This document shows positions 37,047 to 51,087 of a stretch of 64,000 bases of DNA, in pieces; position 1 is the stretch's first letter, and every line of letters starts with the position of its first letter. Both the position numbers and the translations under genes were made by a program. Source of the stretch: Octopus bimaculoides (Eukaryota); contig NC_068984.1 of the NCBI RefSeq assembly GCF_001194135.2, positions 28,891,751 through 28,955,750 on the forward strand, given 5' to 3'. The notes below the pieces were generated by a model. The model did no database searches. It saw only the letters and a program-made list of their open reading frames with translations, and was not told the origin of the DNA.

Positions 37047-39309
37047 ATATTTGATGCATTTACTTTTCAAAAATACACCAAAGATGAATTTGGAATAAAT
37101 CTACATTTCATAAACCTTCATTCTAACCATGCAAAATCAACAAAAAAAATATGAATAAAAGTTGTCAGAAAAGCATTGTAAAACTATTTCAACAGGAATT
37201 GTAACATTTTCTTCTACATTTTTTTTATATATATTCAGAAGCGTGCACGTGTGTGTGTGTGTGTGCTAATAATTTTTATATTATAATATTTTTGATAGCA
37301 GAAAACAACTCAATAAAATATGTACCAAACTTTGAAAAGTTGAGCTGACCTAAAAATATATTCAAAGAAATATACAGTTAACAACTGGATAAAAATTATC
37401 AATATTGAACAAAGAAAATAATTAATAGCTTGTTTTAAATAGTTATTAAATAATAAATATAGAAGAGGTTACTAAGCTAAATGATTTTATTTTGTTCCTG
37501 AGCAATTTTTGTTTTTACATCTTTTAGATTAATTTTCATCCTTCTTTTGATACAAGTGTATATTTATTACATAATTAATTAATTAGAGGAAGAAGGGCAG
37601 CACCTAGACTGTTGAGATCAATGTGATTAATATACAGTTTGAACTCTTGTGGGTTAATGCCAGCTTAGAAGTCATGGAAATGAGGGTAATTCGGAACAGC
37701 TGCATCTCTGGGGAGGAATACTTGAGCAAAGTGCTTAGTATGGATTCCAGGAGGAGGAATGGAAAACTGTAGGATAACGCAAAGAGAATTGGATGCATCC
37801 AGCAGGTTGGAAGAGAGGTCATACAGTTGGTTGGTTCAGAAAAAACATAAATTACTATACTATTAGAAAAGGAGATTGAAAGAAGAACCAAACCATCTGT
37901 GAATTAGTGGTTGTAGCATGTCATTTGACCTTTTAGATTGCATATAATAGTAATTCTTTCCATAATAAAGTAGGAAAATTTAAATAATCATGTTTCTAAG
38001 TTTACTGATGCACTGCATACTCCTGTGTCATGGTGGCTACTTCAGTCACTGTCCAGTGTAACTAGGCCCCACCTCCTCCACCAGTCTTGTCTCTGCAGAC
38101 CCAACATTAGCTCTTTCTCTCTTTACCAACCTATCTATCCCTTTCTATGCACACACACACACACTCATATATATGAAATAACTCTTATCCCTAGAACTCA
38201 AAATAAATAAAACAAGTGATTACAATACTCTGCTTTTGCTCACATGCACAGAGCAATAAATAATAAACATGGCAGACAGGACTTTTTGGCCTTCTAGGGG
38301 CAATCTCTCTAGCATTGATGCTATGCAATAAAATGCATCCAATCTATATTATAAAGTGGTTAGATGTTATTCTTAAGTGTTCTTTATAAAGAGCCTCTCT
38401 CTAGAACATGGGACATGGCAAAATGTGCCCAGTATGTGATAGGTTGTGATAAGAAAACTATCCAGCAGTACAAAAAGGAAGGAAGGAACATGCAGGTATG
38501 ACATATATATGTGAGGTTTCAACAACGTTATTGGAGATGAATTCTCAACTGCAATACAGTATTCCAGTCTAGATGGCAAGTGTTAAAATGCTGCGAGAGT
38601 CATCCAACCCATGCCAGCATAGAAAAACAGATGTAAAAATGATGATAATAAGTTAACAGTATTCCAATGTCACATGTGAAATGCACATGTGAAAGTGTGT
38701 ACAAGATAAGCAGAACTTGTACATGTAAAGAGATAGAAACAATTGTTGCAGAAATTGTACAAGCAAATCGAAAAACCATAAGAATAAAACTATGAACCAC
38801 AAATACTATCTCTATAAATGTTACACACAAAAATTGCATCAATAAAGGAAAATAATATTTAGCAATGCACCTGATAGATACAGAAGCCATTCTAAGCCTG
38901 TAATTCTAAAGTAGAATTAAAAATCAACAAAGCTCTTTTAAGCAACATTCAAACAGCACAAACATCTACTACGCACACATTAGTCTACAAGTGAGCCTCT
39001 AGAGAATTGCTTGATCTGCTACATAAACCGGTCAAATATCCCTCAAATCAACAATCATCTATAACAAAAGGGGATAAGATAATATCATGTGAGGAATCCC
39101 ATGCCTAATAATAAGACAATAGAGGGTCATGACAGGAAGGCTTTCAGTCGTAGATCTGCTCAATTTATGTTGACCTGTGATCAGGCAAGAAACTAGAAAA
39201 TAATAGACCAGACATAACAATAATAGACAAGGAGAAGCTAAGTTGCTTATTAATGCCCATTTGATTCCAGGATTGTAAAGACAAAAGACAAAAAAAAAAA
39301 AATACAATC

Positions 39310-39620
39310 CCTTAAAATTTGAAATTGCTGGAATTTGGAATATGAAAAGTGTAATGTTGTACCTATAATAATTGGTGCATAGGGAACTATAAGCAAAGTT
39401 ACAGACAAATGGCTGAAGAAGATTGGAATAGAATGTCCTGTAGACTTTCTACAGAAAGCTTGCCTCTTAGGGACAGGAAAGATTATCAGGGGGGTTCTAA
39501 GCACTTGAAAGACTAATGAAAGCTAATGAATACCTAAGGTTACATGTAGTAACCTGCTACCCACATAAATCCAGGAATAAGACCAAATCTAAGTCAAATC
39601 AATAATAATAATAATGATAA
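39310..39620 (+). mobile_element. R4/Dong-like LINE 3' end
   Basis: EIAGIWNMK...VPIIIGA.GTISKVTDKWLKKIGIECPVDFLQKACLLGTGKII, then 3' UTR and (AAT)n; same subfamily as 62693-62910. Confidence 0.85.
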
Positions 39621-39621
39621 T

Positions 39622-39905
39622 AATGGTTTCAAATTTTGGCACAAAGCCGGCAATTTGGGGGGAGGGGGGTAAGTTGATTACATTGACCCCAGTGCTCAAC
39701 TGGTACTTATTTTATCCACCCCAAAAATATGACAGGCAAAACTGAACTGAGCGGAATTTGAACTCAGAACATAAACATGGATGAAATGCCACAAAACATT
39801 TTACTCAGCATGTTAACAATTCTGCTGGTTTGCCATTTTGACTGCAGACAAAATATCGCTAAGCATTTCGCCTGGCATGCTAAAAATTCTGTCAGCTTGC
39901 CACCT
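39622..39905 (-). mobile_element. SINE family B, with a second head fragment
   Basis: ggtttcaaattttggcacaaagcc...ggtacttattttatccacccc...gaatttgaactcagaac is the reverse complement of family B. Confidence 0.85.
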
Positions 39906-39944
39906 TAATAATAAAAATGATAATAATACTAATAACAATAATAC

Positions 39945-40320
39945 CAGTGATTGTAGGAACACTTGGAATGATAAAAAAAAAGAACTGGAAATTATTCAAA
40001 AATGATCCCTGGGTTACCATTCATGCAGGAAGTGCAAAAGATTGGCTTAACTAGTACATCACAAGTACAGAAAAGAGAATTGTTGCTGTGAATTTTCTTC
40101 CCATTTCTCTCTTTATTTTCCTTGGTTACTTTTTGATATCTATTTTTTCTTTTCTCCCTGCCTTTTCTCTATCATATGACTTTGTAAATGAACAATCTGG
40201 TGTGTTTATTTTAATGGCCTACCACATTGGTAGGCCATACAGAGTGTATCTGCCTTGGGTGTCAGGAAAACATTCGGCAAGAAATGGAAACAGAATTGAA
40301 AGATGATAATGAGAATAATA
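39945..40320 (+). mobile_element. R4/Dong-like LINE 3' end, second subfamily
   Basis: IPVIVGTLGMIKK...IPGLPFMQEVQKI, then 3' UTR and (AAT)n. Confidence 0.7.
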
Positions 40321-40327
40321 ATAATAA

Positions 40328-40535
40328 CAGTGGTTTCAAATTTAGGCACAAGGCCAGAAATTGCAGGGTGCAAGCTGATTATATCAATCCCATTGCTCAA
40401 TAGGTACTTATTTTGTTGACCCTGAATGGATGAAAGGTAACGTCAACCTCAGTGGAATTTGAACTGCAAATGGAAAGTCAGATGAAATGTTACTAAGCAT
40501 TTCACCCAGTGAAATGGCTATTATGCTGGACATTA
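40328..40535 (-). mobile_element. SINE family B; further minus copies at about 34690-34765 and 61208-61385
   Basis: gtggtttcaaatttaggcacaaggcc...ggtacttattttgttgaccctgaatggatgaaagg...ggaatttgaact. Confidence 0.85.
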
Positions 40536-40537
40536 TG

Positions 40538-40588
<51 letters not shown>

Positions 40589-40589
40589 G

Positions 40590-40850
40590 TAACTGGTACA
40601 CTTGGAAGTATCAACAGTCAGTTACCAACATGGCTAAAAAAGATTGGTGCAAGTGTGAAGGTAGAACACCTACAAAAGTCAGCATTGCTGGGAACTGCAA
40701 GAATTTTTTGCAGGATTCTTGAAAAGTGACCAGTAAACAAGTGTCACCTCATTCTGCTGGCTGTGGACAGCAGACACTTTCCATCATACCCCGTAATATA
40801 AACTGTGAGTTTTAATATAATAATAATAATAATAATAATAACAACAACAA
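40590..40850 (+). mobile_element. R4/Dong-like LINE 3' end, third subfamily
   Basis: GTLGSINSQLPTWLKKIGASVKVEHLQKSALLGTARIFCRILEK*, 3' UTR, (TAA)n on both sides. Confidence 0.85.
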
Positions 40851-43429
40851 CAACAACAAAAAAACAACAACAACACCAGGACCTGCAAAGAAAGATAAGC
40901 AGACTGTGGGGTTGCAGAAAAAATCACAAATCAAGAAAAGATTGGAAAAGCTAAAAGAATAAAGTTTTATAGATATGAAATATGGAGAGAATGAGGGGTG
41001 GAGAAGGATGATGGTATGTGTAAAAGAAATCCGTACATTTATATTTACAGTATTTATAAATACACAAGCAAATGCACTGACAGAAATAAACACAAACACC
41101 CATACACTCTCAAAGATGTCTGCCAATATACAATGGGAGAGAATGGAAAATGAATTGTATTCAAAATTTTAAAAGGCTGCACACTAGAATATATAATTAC
41201 ATAAATACGTATTTCAACTGGAAGATGAAACTAGAAAAATTAGTCTGAAGATATTTCAGAAGCCTGAATTTCACTGGAAGATTCACTTAGATAAACTTGG
41301 TAATGAAAATGTTGGGAAGTATAGAGCTAGGATCATAAAAAGGTATTACTGAAATAGATACATTGAGAAAGATATGAGAGAAAAAAAGTAATAAGTGTAG
41401 AGGGTAGACAAAGTGTGAAGGAATCACAGGTAGAGATTTGGATTAACAAGAAGCCTGTAAAATAATCAACAAAATCTAAACTAATACCTCTTCCCAAAAC
41501 AAGCAATACATTGCAAACAATGCAAACATGATTTGGGAACTGGTCAGTTGTGTTAAGCAAAATAAAAATATCATTCCAGGTAACTTTAAGGTTTCCAAAA
41601 TAAATATATCATTCCAAGTATCTTTAAGGTTTCTAAAATAAATACATAATTCCAGATAGAGTTAAGTTTTACTTGTAGTTATTTAGTTACTTTGTATCTA
41701 TATTATCTGCAGAAACTATATGCAATGTACAGATGGTAATGTCATTTATGGAATGACCTGGCAGGTTAAAAATGTCTGGCTACAGGCTTTGAAACATCGT
41801 CATTGTTGTTTCTTAGGCATATGCCACAAAGATGTTTTAGCCTTCAACTAGTTGCACCAATATATGGTATATTACAATGTACAATAAAATAATGTTGGAA
41901 ATCTAGTTCAGGTGGTCACTGATTATAAAAGTGTTCTTCACATCAGCTACATTGACAGTGTTAGCAATATAGGACAAATGTTAAGATACATGTATAAGAA
42001 TATTTCAATTCTTCAGGTCATGCATCTGTGGATGCTAAAATATCACTGACAAGGAAGTTATGTACATTTTTGTTTGTCTTAAAAGTGTGCCAAGGAGGTT
42101 TGCAATAGATATGAGTGCTTATGGATGGCCTGACTGATGTAGACATTAAGTGCTCTTAACAAAACTTTCGAGTCAGATTATTGATTTTTATATGTATGGA
42201 CTATTTTGATATGGAAGTATGGGTTCATTGTTTCTGAGAATTTGAAATATATTTAAAATGTTAGAGAATGTGTGCATAGATCTCTTGATAAAATCAACAA
42301 CTGAAGCATAAAATTGAAGATAGTGTGGGAGTCATTATTTTGCTTACATGAATATCTTGAGTCACAAAGTTATGCAGTAATGCAGCTTTTATTCACCTAC
42401 ACCCTCATCTACCATATTTAGCTAATTTTGAGCATGAAATAAATAAAATAAAACTCTTAAAAAATTATTTTGAATTTGCACATAAAACAGAAAAAGAAAC
42501 TAGATGTGATTATATATTTTAGTTATATGTGTATATTCATGTATACAACTGCAAATATAAATAAAATAGCAACAAGGGAATAACATCAAATAGTAAACAA
42601 AGTATGATAAATAAATGAAAAACATATAATCTCAAAAAGTCAATGAGAACTAAGACAAAATAGTACCATGGCAAAAATATTAAGATGTAACAGCAACAAA
42701 AATAATTGAAAATATAATTAATAAAAATATGATTAAAAAATAAATAGTAATTACTTTCTTTGATTAACGTTGGAGCTAAATGTTTATTTTTTTAAAGATA
42801 TGCTTGTCATTTCACAAGTTTATATTTCATGCCATATGTTCATGACAATACCACAATCTAGTTATTAAAATGAAGTGTAGAAACAGAAAAAATTGCTTAG
42901 CAAAATAAACAGTTGCTTCCAAACAAATTAAATGAAAGAAAAATGCAGCGAAAATAAAAAATACCATGTAAATTTATAAACTAATAATATCAATAATGAA
43001 GATACCAATACCTCTAATTATATTTTATAGATATTTCTTTCAAAGTCAGAAAAGGAAGCACATTAACAAACAATTTTTTTTAAATATTACTAAAATATAA
43101 ATAGTAAAAGAATAGCAACACAATGTTCTTTCTTTTTCATTTAAATTAGACTAAACTTAGGTGCTAGACTGAATATGGATGGAATGCTGATTTTGAGTGA
43201 CAGACTGAATCTATCACTCCATTTAATAACCACCACTTGGTCCTTGGGAGCTTTTAGCAGAGTCCACTGTGATGCAAATATTTGATATCCACAAACTAGG
43301 ATAGGTCACTTGTTTGAGGATACCTTCCTCCCTTTCCCCCCATAAAGCTTAGAGGCCTTGTAGAGGGCAATAGGTACTGTCTTCTCCACTGATTAAAATA
43401 CAAAAGTATTTAAACAAATAAAAGTAAAA

Positions 43430-43600
43430 AGCTGGTATGGGCATGTGATGCACACAGAGGATGACAGATGGGTAGATTAGTGCCAAGAGATGCCAGAGGA
43501 AGGAAGCTGCAAGAAAGACCAAAGTAGATAAAGGAAGAAGTGGTGAAGCTAACCTTAAGAGGTTGACCACAAGAACAAGTGCCACTGAAAGTGGGGACAA
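43430..43600 (+). mobile_element. Short RTE C-terminal fragment
   Basis: SWYGHVMHTEDDRWVD matches the R.WYGHV.RMDED region of the 51-52 kb RTE. Confidence 0.6.
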
Positions 43601-44829
43601 ATATTCTATATACTTTAATGCTGGGAAATTGCTAAACAATTGATGTCAGCTATATTTTGTATGCACCTTAGTAATTATGTGAACGAGTTTAATTTCAGAT
43701 TAGTTTAGTTTCTTCATTCCTTGCTTGAATACTAAGCAGCAAGATACTTCTATTCATCTCAGCTTTGGCCTGTTAAACCTGTTCCTATAATAGGGTAGTC
43801 CTTTTAATGTTCTTTAATGTCATGCATCAAGTCATTTTCAACCTTTAGTACTTTCATGAATCATAGAAGTCTTCAAAGAGGAAGCTAAGGGCTCAGTCAA
43901 TCTGGGTTTCTAAACACTATTTGCAGTTCAATCAGTATCAGCCAATGTCTGCACATGTGTGTACGTTCATGAGTGGGTGTGGTGGTGGTGGACTAGAACA
44001 GCCTATTCTTTCCATAGCATGTAAATTAACTTAAGAAATTTACTCTTAAGTTCTTGAATTTATTACCCCTTTTCCCTTGGGAGTTGCTTTCAGCTGTGAT
44101 ATGATTAGGATTTTGTTTTCTATTCCCACCAACTTAAGGAGAAATCACCCAAAAGTAAAGAATTCATAGTATAAGGTATTCAGTACACCACCCTTCAATG
44201 TAATTATCCAAACATAGACCAATATGTCACTGAGATATTTCTTTTAGTACATTTAATTTTTAACTATACATTTTACCCATGGTCAAAAATATAAATAATT
44301 CTTTTTCGGTATGTAAATATATAATAACTGATTTGCAGTAAACAGACTTCACTAAACTGATGAGGTCTAACAAGCCAAAACATGTGTACATAGTTGCTTC
44401 AACAAATATCACACTGGCTTTTCCTTAGTATGTATATTAACTCAAAAATTTTAATTTTTGCTTTGTATCTCTGACTAAGAGGGAAATTTCACAGATTTAA
44501 GAATTCATTGCATTCAACATTCAGTGTTCAACTCTTTAAATATGTTTATACACAGATAGACGGACATATATCTGAGGTTAAATGAAATCAAACTCGACAG
44601 GAGAAGTTTACACATGTACATTAGCACCATTTTTGTCTGTTGACTATTTGGAAGCTAACAAATCTAAATGTATTGGAGAACAAGATATTAACCTTGAGCT
44701 GAAATGTATTCCTTCTGACATGATGACATCATGGCATCCTCATTTTTAGATTATGGTCAGAAATTGTGGATGAAATCAACATGTTTCTGTACATATATAC
44801 ACTTGGGCTAAACCCAAACAAGCATATAC

Positions 44830-44865
<36 letters not shown>

Positions 44866-46189
44866 GCTTGTTTGTTTATATATATATATATATATATATA
44901 CATACACACACACACAAATGTATGTATGTATATGTGTGTGTGTGTATGTATGTATATATATATATGTATATATAGACACAACACACACAGATGTGCTTAT
45001 GTGCTGGGGGAGTGTCCACAATATACATATTGAAAGTACCATTTTCTTTTTTTGTTAATAAGTATAAGCAAACACCCAAACAAAAAATATAGACCAAAAA
45101 ACTGGTGCCACAGAATTAGCTCTTGTTATGACTTTCTTTCTCTCTCTTTCCAAACACACATACACATACTATATAGCTGCATACTTTACATATATTAATA
45201 CAAATGAGCCAAGAATATCTGAAAGACTACCAGAGGATCAGGATAGACAAAATGATAGACTGTCTGGAGGAAGATATCGCATCACAAAATTAAGAGAATC
45301 TATTTGAAAAGAAAATATCAATAAATAACAAACAAAGAAAGCCAAAACAAGAGAAATCTATTGATTAATGCCGACCCATGCTGCAGAATGATTGAGTTGT
45401 TTGAGAAATGAAGTGATTGGCAAATAAGAGGAACAGAAGCTAAAACTTTAAAAATAACATAAATGTATAAACAAACAATACCTGTCTAATGTAAATGAAC
45501 TGGTTTGGGAAACAAGTTGATTAGATGTGCAGCACATACATGGGAATGAGTGGGCACTGTGTGTTTGTATGTGTATTTGCATTTTGTTTATATATTACTT
45601 GCATACATCCCCCCCCCTAAACACACACATATGTACATACAGATGTGATGCTTCTAAGTATGAAGTGCAAATCTACATATGGACAAATAGAAATAAAATG
45701 TATGTAAATGAGAGGATCACACAGTTATCTATGTAGTGATGTACATATAAGTAAAAGTAAATTAAAGATGTGCATATGTGTAAGGATGTAATAATATATG
45801 GCGGTTGTGTTCTTGCATCTTATGTATGCAAAGGTAATATGCAAGAGATTATTTTACACATGCACCCATAAACAGATAAACGTGAGACATTTAGGTGCAT
45901 TTTTCAAATGTTTAATATGTCAGCCATATTTCAGATATAAAATGGAGGCACATAGAATAAAATTTCAAATAGTAAAGTTCCATATCTGGGTTAATATCTA
46001 TGTCAGCCACAATATATACAAACTACTTAGAATTAACTTCACTTAAGTATATATGCATAAATATGTATATACACACATATACATATAATGATATGGTTCA
46101 TGTGTTCAAACGTTTGTCAATCATTATTTATGTATGTCCACATTTTTCCTTATTTCTTTTGATTTCTGTGGAAAGTAAGCCACGAGGTG

Positions 46190-46220
<31 letters not shown>

Positions 46221-48859
46221 GAAAAAGAAACCTATGCAATAACTTCTTTTAGAAGAATGTATTTCAGAATATATATTAAATTACTGCACACATATATTAA
46301 AACATCAAAGCAGGTGTATATGAGGGATGTTATATGTATATAAGATACAATTTAAAAAATCACATGAAAATTTGAATGCATGTTAGAGGTGTGTGTATGT
46401 ATTTGGTTGTTTCCAATTTCATGATGTAATCAGCCCACACACCAGCTGAACGGAAAGCACTCATTCTGTAAATTTATTTCTATGCAGAATGTTTATAACA
46501 TTCTGCATACAAATTATGCACATTATGTTATAAACAAATTAATAAGATCTCAAAAGCACTGATATATTTTTAAAAGACATGTAATCTTAAACAGTTTTGT
46601 TTAATTAGAATGTAAAATCAAAAACACCAAGAAAAGCATTTAATATTTATTTTGAAACATGAAATACTTTCTCATAGTTTAAATGTATTAAAATGTTTGA
46701 TAAATGACAAATTTTATGAAGAATCTTTTAAATTTAAGAACTGAATATCTGAAAAGGTAGCAGCATACAGAAATTTTAGTTAATGAAACTTATAAGCACC
46801 TCTATATTTCATCTCTCTGTGATTACTCCTTAAATTTGAATAATATCTCCAAAATTGGATGCTGATGAATAATTTTGTTATCTAAGATATTAAATAAATG
46901 TGATTTTAATGATTTTAATTTCATAGCATTATAGCTTGAACTAAAAGAATTAAAAGAGCATTTTATAAAATTTATAAAATGGTACTTGATATAAAATTTT
47001 ATAAAACACTCTTGTAAGTTACCTAGATGTATTTATCTCAAAATGTGCTTACTCATAACAAACCTTTAGTAAAATGAGAATTATTATTAGTTTTAAGGAG
47101 CAGGCATGACTGAGTGCTCAAGAAGTTTGCTTCACGAGCAAATGGTCTTTAGGTTCAGTTCCACAGTGCAGCATCTTGACTAACTGTCTTCTGTTATTGC
47201 CTCTGGTCAACCATTACCTTGAAGAAAATTGCTAGATGGAAACTGCATCACATATATGATGATAGTTGCATGTGTGTGTGTGTGTGTGTGCATGCGTGCA
47301 TGCCTATGAAAGCTATCTATTATGATTCTAGCATCTGAGCAAGAACCAATGTCATCATGTTTTGCATTTCTGGTGAGTATTACATCTTATGGGTCTGTGC
47401 TCTCAAAGCAGTGAAATATAAACTTTTATATATGTAATATACACTGCATTAGCTCAACAGATGTTCAAGAATATAAATTTTGACTTTTTAGGTACCTCAC
47501 TTAACTTAGGAGGGAATATTTTCTATGACCAAAATGATATAATTAGTGCTGGGGTTGATACAATATCTACTATAATAGAAAGCAAAAGCAGCATATCTAT
47601 GAATTTCAAAAAGAATTTCAGAAGCTATAAGGGAATGTATGGAAAGTAATAAAATAATGAAATACTATGAATGTGTATTTTTAACATACAAGAAAGGGTG
47701 AGAGCATATTAATAGTTAGAGAAATCATCATTATTTCTCTACACTAGTATTGGTAAGATAGTTCATCAGGAACCGACAAGCCAAAGGGCTGAGCTGAGTC
47801 CTAATAACTTCATTCAGATGGTTTCTATAGCAGGATGTCCTTCTAAGGCTAACCACTTTCCAGAGTGTACAAGATGATCCTTTCATAGCACCACCACTGA
47901 TGAGGTGACCAAGTATTCACAAAAGAAAAACTCTGGAAGCAAGTTGGATATAATATTGAGGAGTGTGAAAGTATGATGGTAGGGCAAGTAAATCGTAAAT
48001 GCATGTAAATTGTATTAAGGTGAGCTAAATTTGGCAAGGATTTGATCAGCAGCGACCCAACTATTAGTGTAATACCTTCTAATACAGTATGATGCTGTGA
48101 CTAAAACAATATGCACTGCCATTCATAGGAAACACTGCTCTGCAATAAATTTAAAAAATGGTCACATTATTGAATATACATTATATATATTATACATGTT
48201 CCATCATTATACAAAGTGTACTGATGGAACATTCACATCAAGTCAGTCACCAAGTACAAATATAACAGGCCTGATAAAATTCTTTGAGAAAGAAAAGGTA
48301 AAATTGTATAGCCATAAAAAATCAGCTACTATACAGATATAATTTATTTCAAAACTCTGTAAGAAAGAGATTATTTAAGGAACTATTACTTCCCATACCT
48401 ACAGATTCTCTGTCCAGATTATAAATTCACATCTATAGCTTGGTTATGTTAGTAGATGCTTAGTGACAAACTTTCAGTTCTAACTTTTTCTCTCTGTGTA
48501 TATGGATATATATTGATAAATTGTGTGTTTGTGTATATGTGTGGTGTATGAATAATGCTTTAAAAGATTGGTTATATTTTATACTTAATCTTAACAGTCA
48601 TTTCAGCTTATTGAGAACTATCTATGCTCTTTCCTTCACATTCAGTACTCTATTTTTGTTATTCATTTCTCCTGATACTTGTGGCAGATAACATATTGAT
48701 AGATAACCATTGGCAAATAACACATAGATATGTATCCATATATTCTTACATATGCACATGCACACACACACACACATACACACACAACATGTAAACGTAC
48801 ATAGACACATATACTCAGTTGTTTTGTGTGTATGTATGAATGTACGTCTGCATATTATT

Positions 48860-48995
48860 CTTTCCACTCTCATTCCATTTACAGTAGATGCGCAGATTGA
48901 TACAGTGGGATATCAGTTGCCCCACTGGGATTGAACCCATTTTCTATTGTTCTGACAAGAACGAAGTGAGTGCTTTAATCTTCAGGCCACAGAAA
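48860..48995 (-). mobile_element. tRNA-like SINE head, another family
   Basis: Minus strand gtggcctgaagattaaagcactc...gggttcaatcccagtgggc (A-box and B-box). Confidence 0.5.
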
Positions 48996-49569
48996 CAATT
49001 AATGTTTTAACAAACAAAAAAATTGACACAGATCCAGATATTTTTTGCAAGATATAATTTTGATCCTTTCCACACTGCAATATACCTTTCAAAGAGCACT
49101 AAATACAAAATATCACTATTATTAACATAAAAGCCATCAAAACAATAACAACAACTAAAAATCACAAATTTTCTTCATCATCAATATTGTTGCTATAAAT
49201 GGTATTCAACAGTTTCTTCACAAGTCTATTTCACCTATTTGATGTACATAATGCAGCTCTAAGCTAGCTGCTATTTTATTTATGTACACAGAATTCACAT
49301 CTGTGTCATTTCGGTGTTTTGTCTCCCACTGTACTGTGTGATTCTACTGAATGACATACAACTGTTACCAACAATACTACACTACGCTTCTCACAAAGCA
49401 GCATTTTCATTCATATATCTCTACTACACTGATATAGCATGAATTCAAGCTGGAGATCAAAGAGCTTGATAATATTCTCTTTTCATATATTCTTTCATTG
49501 AATTCTGTATAACAAAATGTATGTATTCACACGCACACACATATTTACTTATACACATACATACATACA

Positions 49570-49617
<48 letters not shown>

Positions 49618-49659
49618 ACATACACATACAACCATATGCACATACACACNNNNNNNNNN

Positions 49660-49708
<49 letters not shown>

Positions 49709-49738
49709 CAATATACTTATATATATACACACATGTGC

Positions 49739-49774
<36 letters not shown>

Positions 49775-49811
49775 ACATATACATAAATAAATACACATAC
49801 ACACACATATA

Positions 49812-49940
49812 TGACAGGCTTCTTTCAGTTTTTGTAAGCCAAATGAGCTAGCCCAGAGCAATAGTAGAAGGCTCCTGCCAAGATGCCCATGCAGTGGAAC
49901 TAAAATCAGAACCATGTGATTTTAAACAAAGCTTCTTCCA
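49812..49940 (-). mobile_element. SINE family A, degraded 5' half
   Basis: ggcttctttcagttttt...gcaatagtagaagg...cagtggaactaaaatcagaaccatgtg. Confidence 0.7.
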
Positions 49941-49946
49941 TATATA

Positions 49947-50145
49947 CAGGGTGACCCAAAAGTAGGTTTACAGTTTAAATTTCTTTTTAAACATTTTATT
50001 ACATTTAAATTTCTATCTTACAATTAATTAAATTAGCATAGGATAATACTTTCATATGTTTTTTTATAATTAAGATCTAAACTGTTAATATATGAATGTG
50101 AAAGAGATAATTGAATAATTGTAAACCTACATTTGGGCCACACTG
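49947..50145. mobile_element. 199-bp Tc1-type MITE
   Basis: 29-bp TIRs (cagggtgacccaaaagtaggtttacagtt vs cagtgtggcccaaatgtaggtttacaatt, 4 mismatches); left flank TA, right flank TG. Confidence 0.8.
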
Positions 50146-50161
50146 TGTATGTTTATACATA

Positions 50162-50330
50162 CAGTAGAACCTCGCAGTGCACCATTTTACGAGTAATTTG
50201 TTGTACGAGCCAAGACAGTGTGAATTTTTGTCTTGATGTATGGGTGGAAATCTGCAGTACAAGCACACAAATCGTCCCATCTTTAAGATAATTCAGTTAA
50301 TAAAACCAGTTTACATATTTCTTTTGCATT
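50162..50330 (+). mobile_element. Tigger/pogo-like left end
   Basis: TA|cagtagaacctcg terminus; matching right end not found. Confidence 0.5.
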
Positions 50331-51087
50331 CTCTTTTTTATAATTGTCATTTTATTTGCAACTACACCTTTTCTGTTTTCACTATTTACTATACACAAAG
50401 AACAGAAACTATGAAACTTGAATGCAAGGTACAAATATGAATGGATCTTTCCTGGTGGTAACAACTTCATCTAAAATTGATGCAGTGGATTGAGCAGAAA
50501 GTAGTCCCTTTCCCTTCAGTTCTACATAAAATCACATAACAAATTTCCCCTACAAGTACTAAATTCACATGACACATTTCCCATACAAGTACTAAATTCT
50601 TGATTAGTACTAGTATATATAGTATTGTGATTCACTGGATCGAACTTGTTGCATAAAGGTTAAACTTCCCACAGCACTATTTGATCAGATATTTACTTCC
50701 ATTCAAATTATAGGTCTGCCACTTCAAATAATTTGGAATAGAATTAATGCCCAAGTGCAAAACCATATGCATGCCAGCAAAAGAACCACTTGTAAGATAT
50801 AATAATGTTATATTTTGGTATTAAAAGAGCTTATTTAAGGGAATCTAACAATTTCAAGATAGTTTCCTAGCATGCGAAAGATCTAAAGAAGTAAAAGCAG
50901 AAAGATTGCAGAATATACCATTAAAACCAAAATATCAATGAAAGTTAATTCACTCTCATGCCTTTCATATTAAGAATATTTAACCCTTTCATAACCATAT
51001 TTCAAATATGATGCACGTTATATAGTATCAATTAGTTTCAAAAATATAAAAACCTGCAATTGAAATTAGTACACAGTACTAAGAGAA

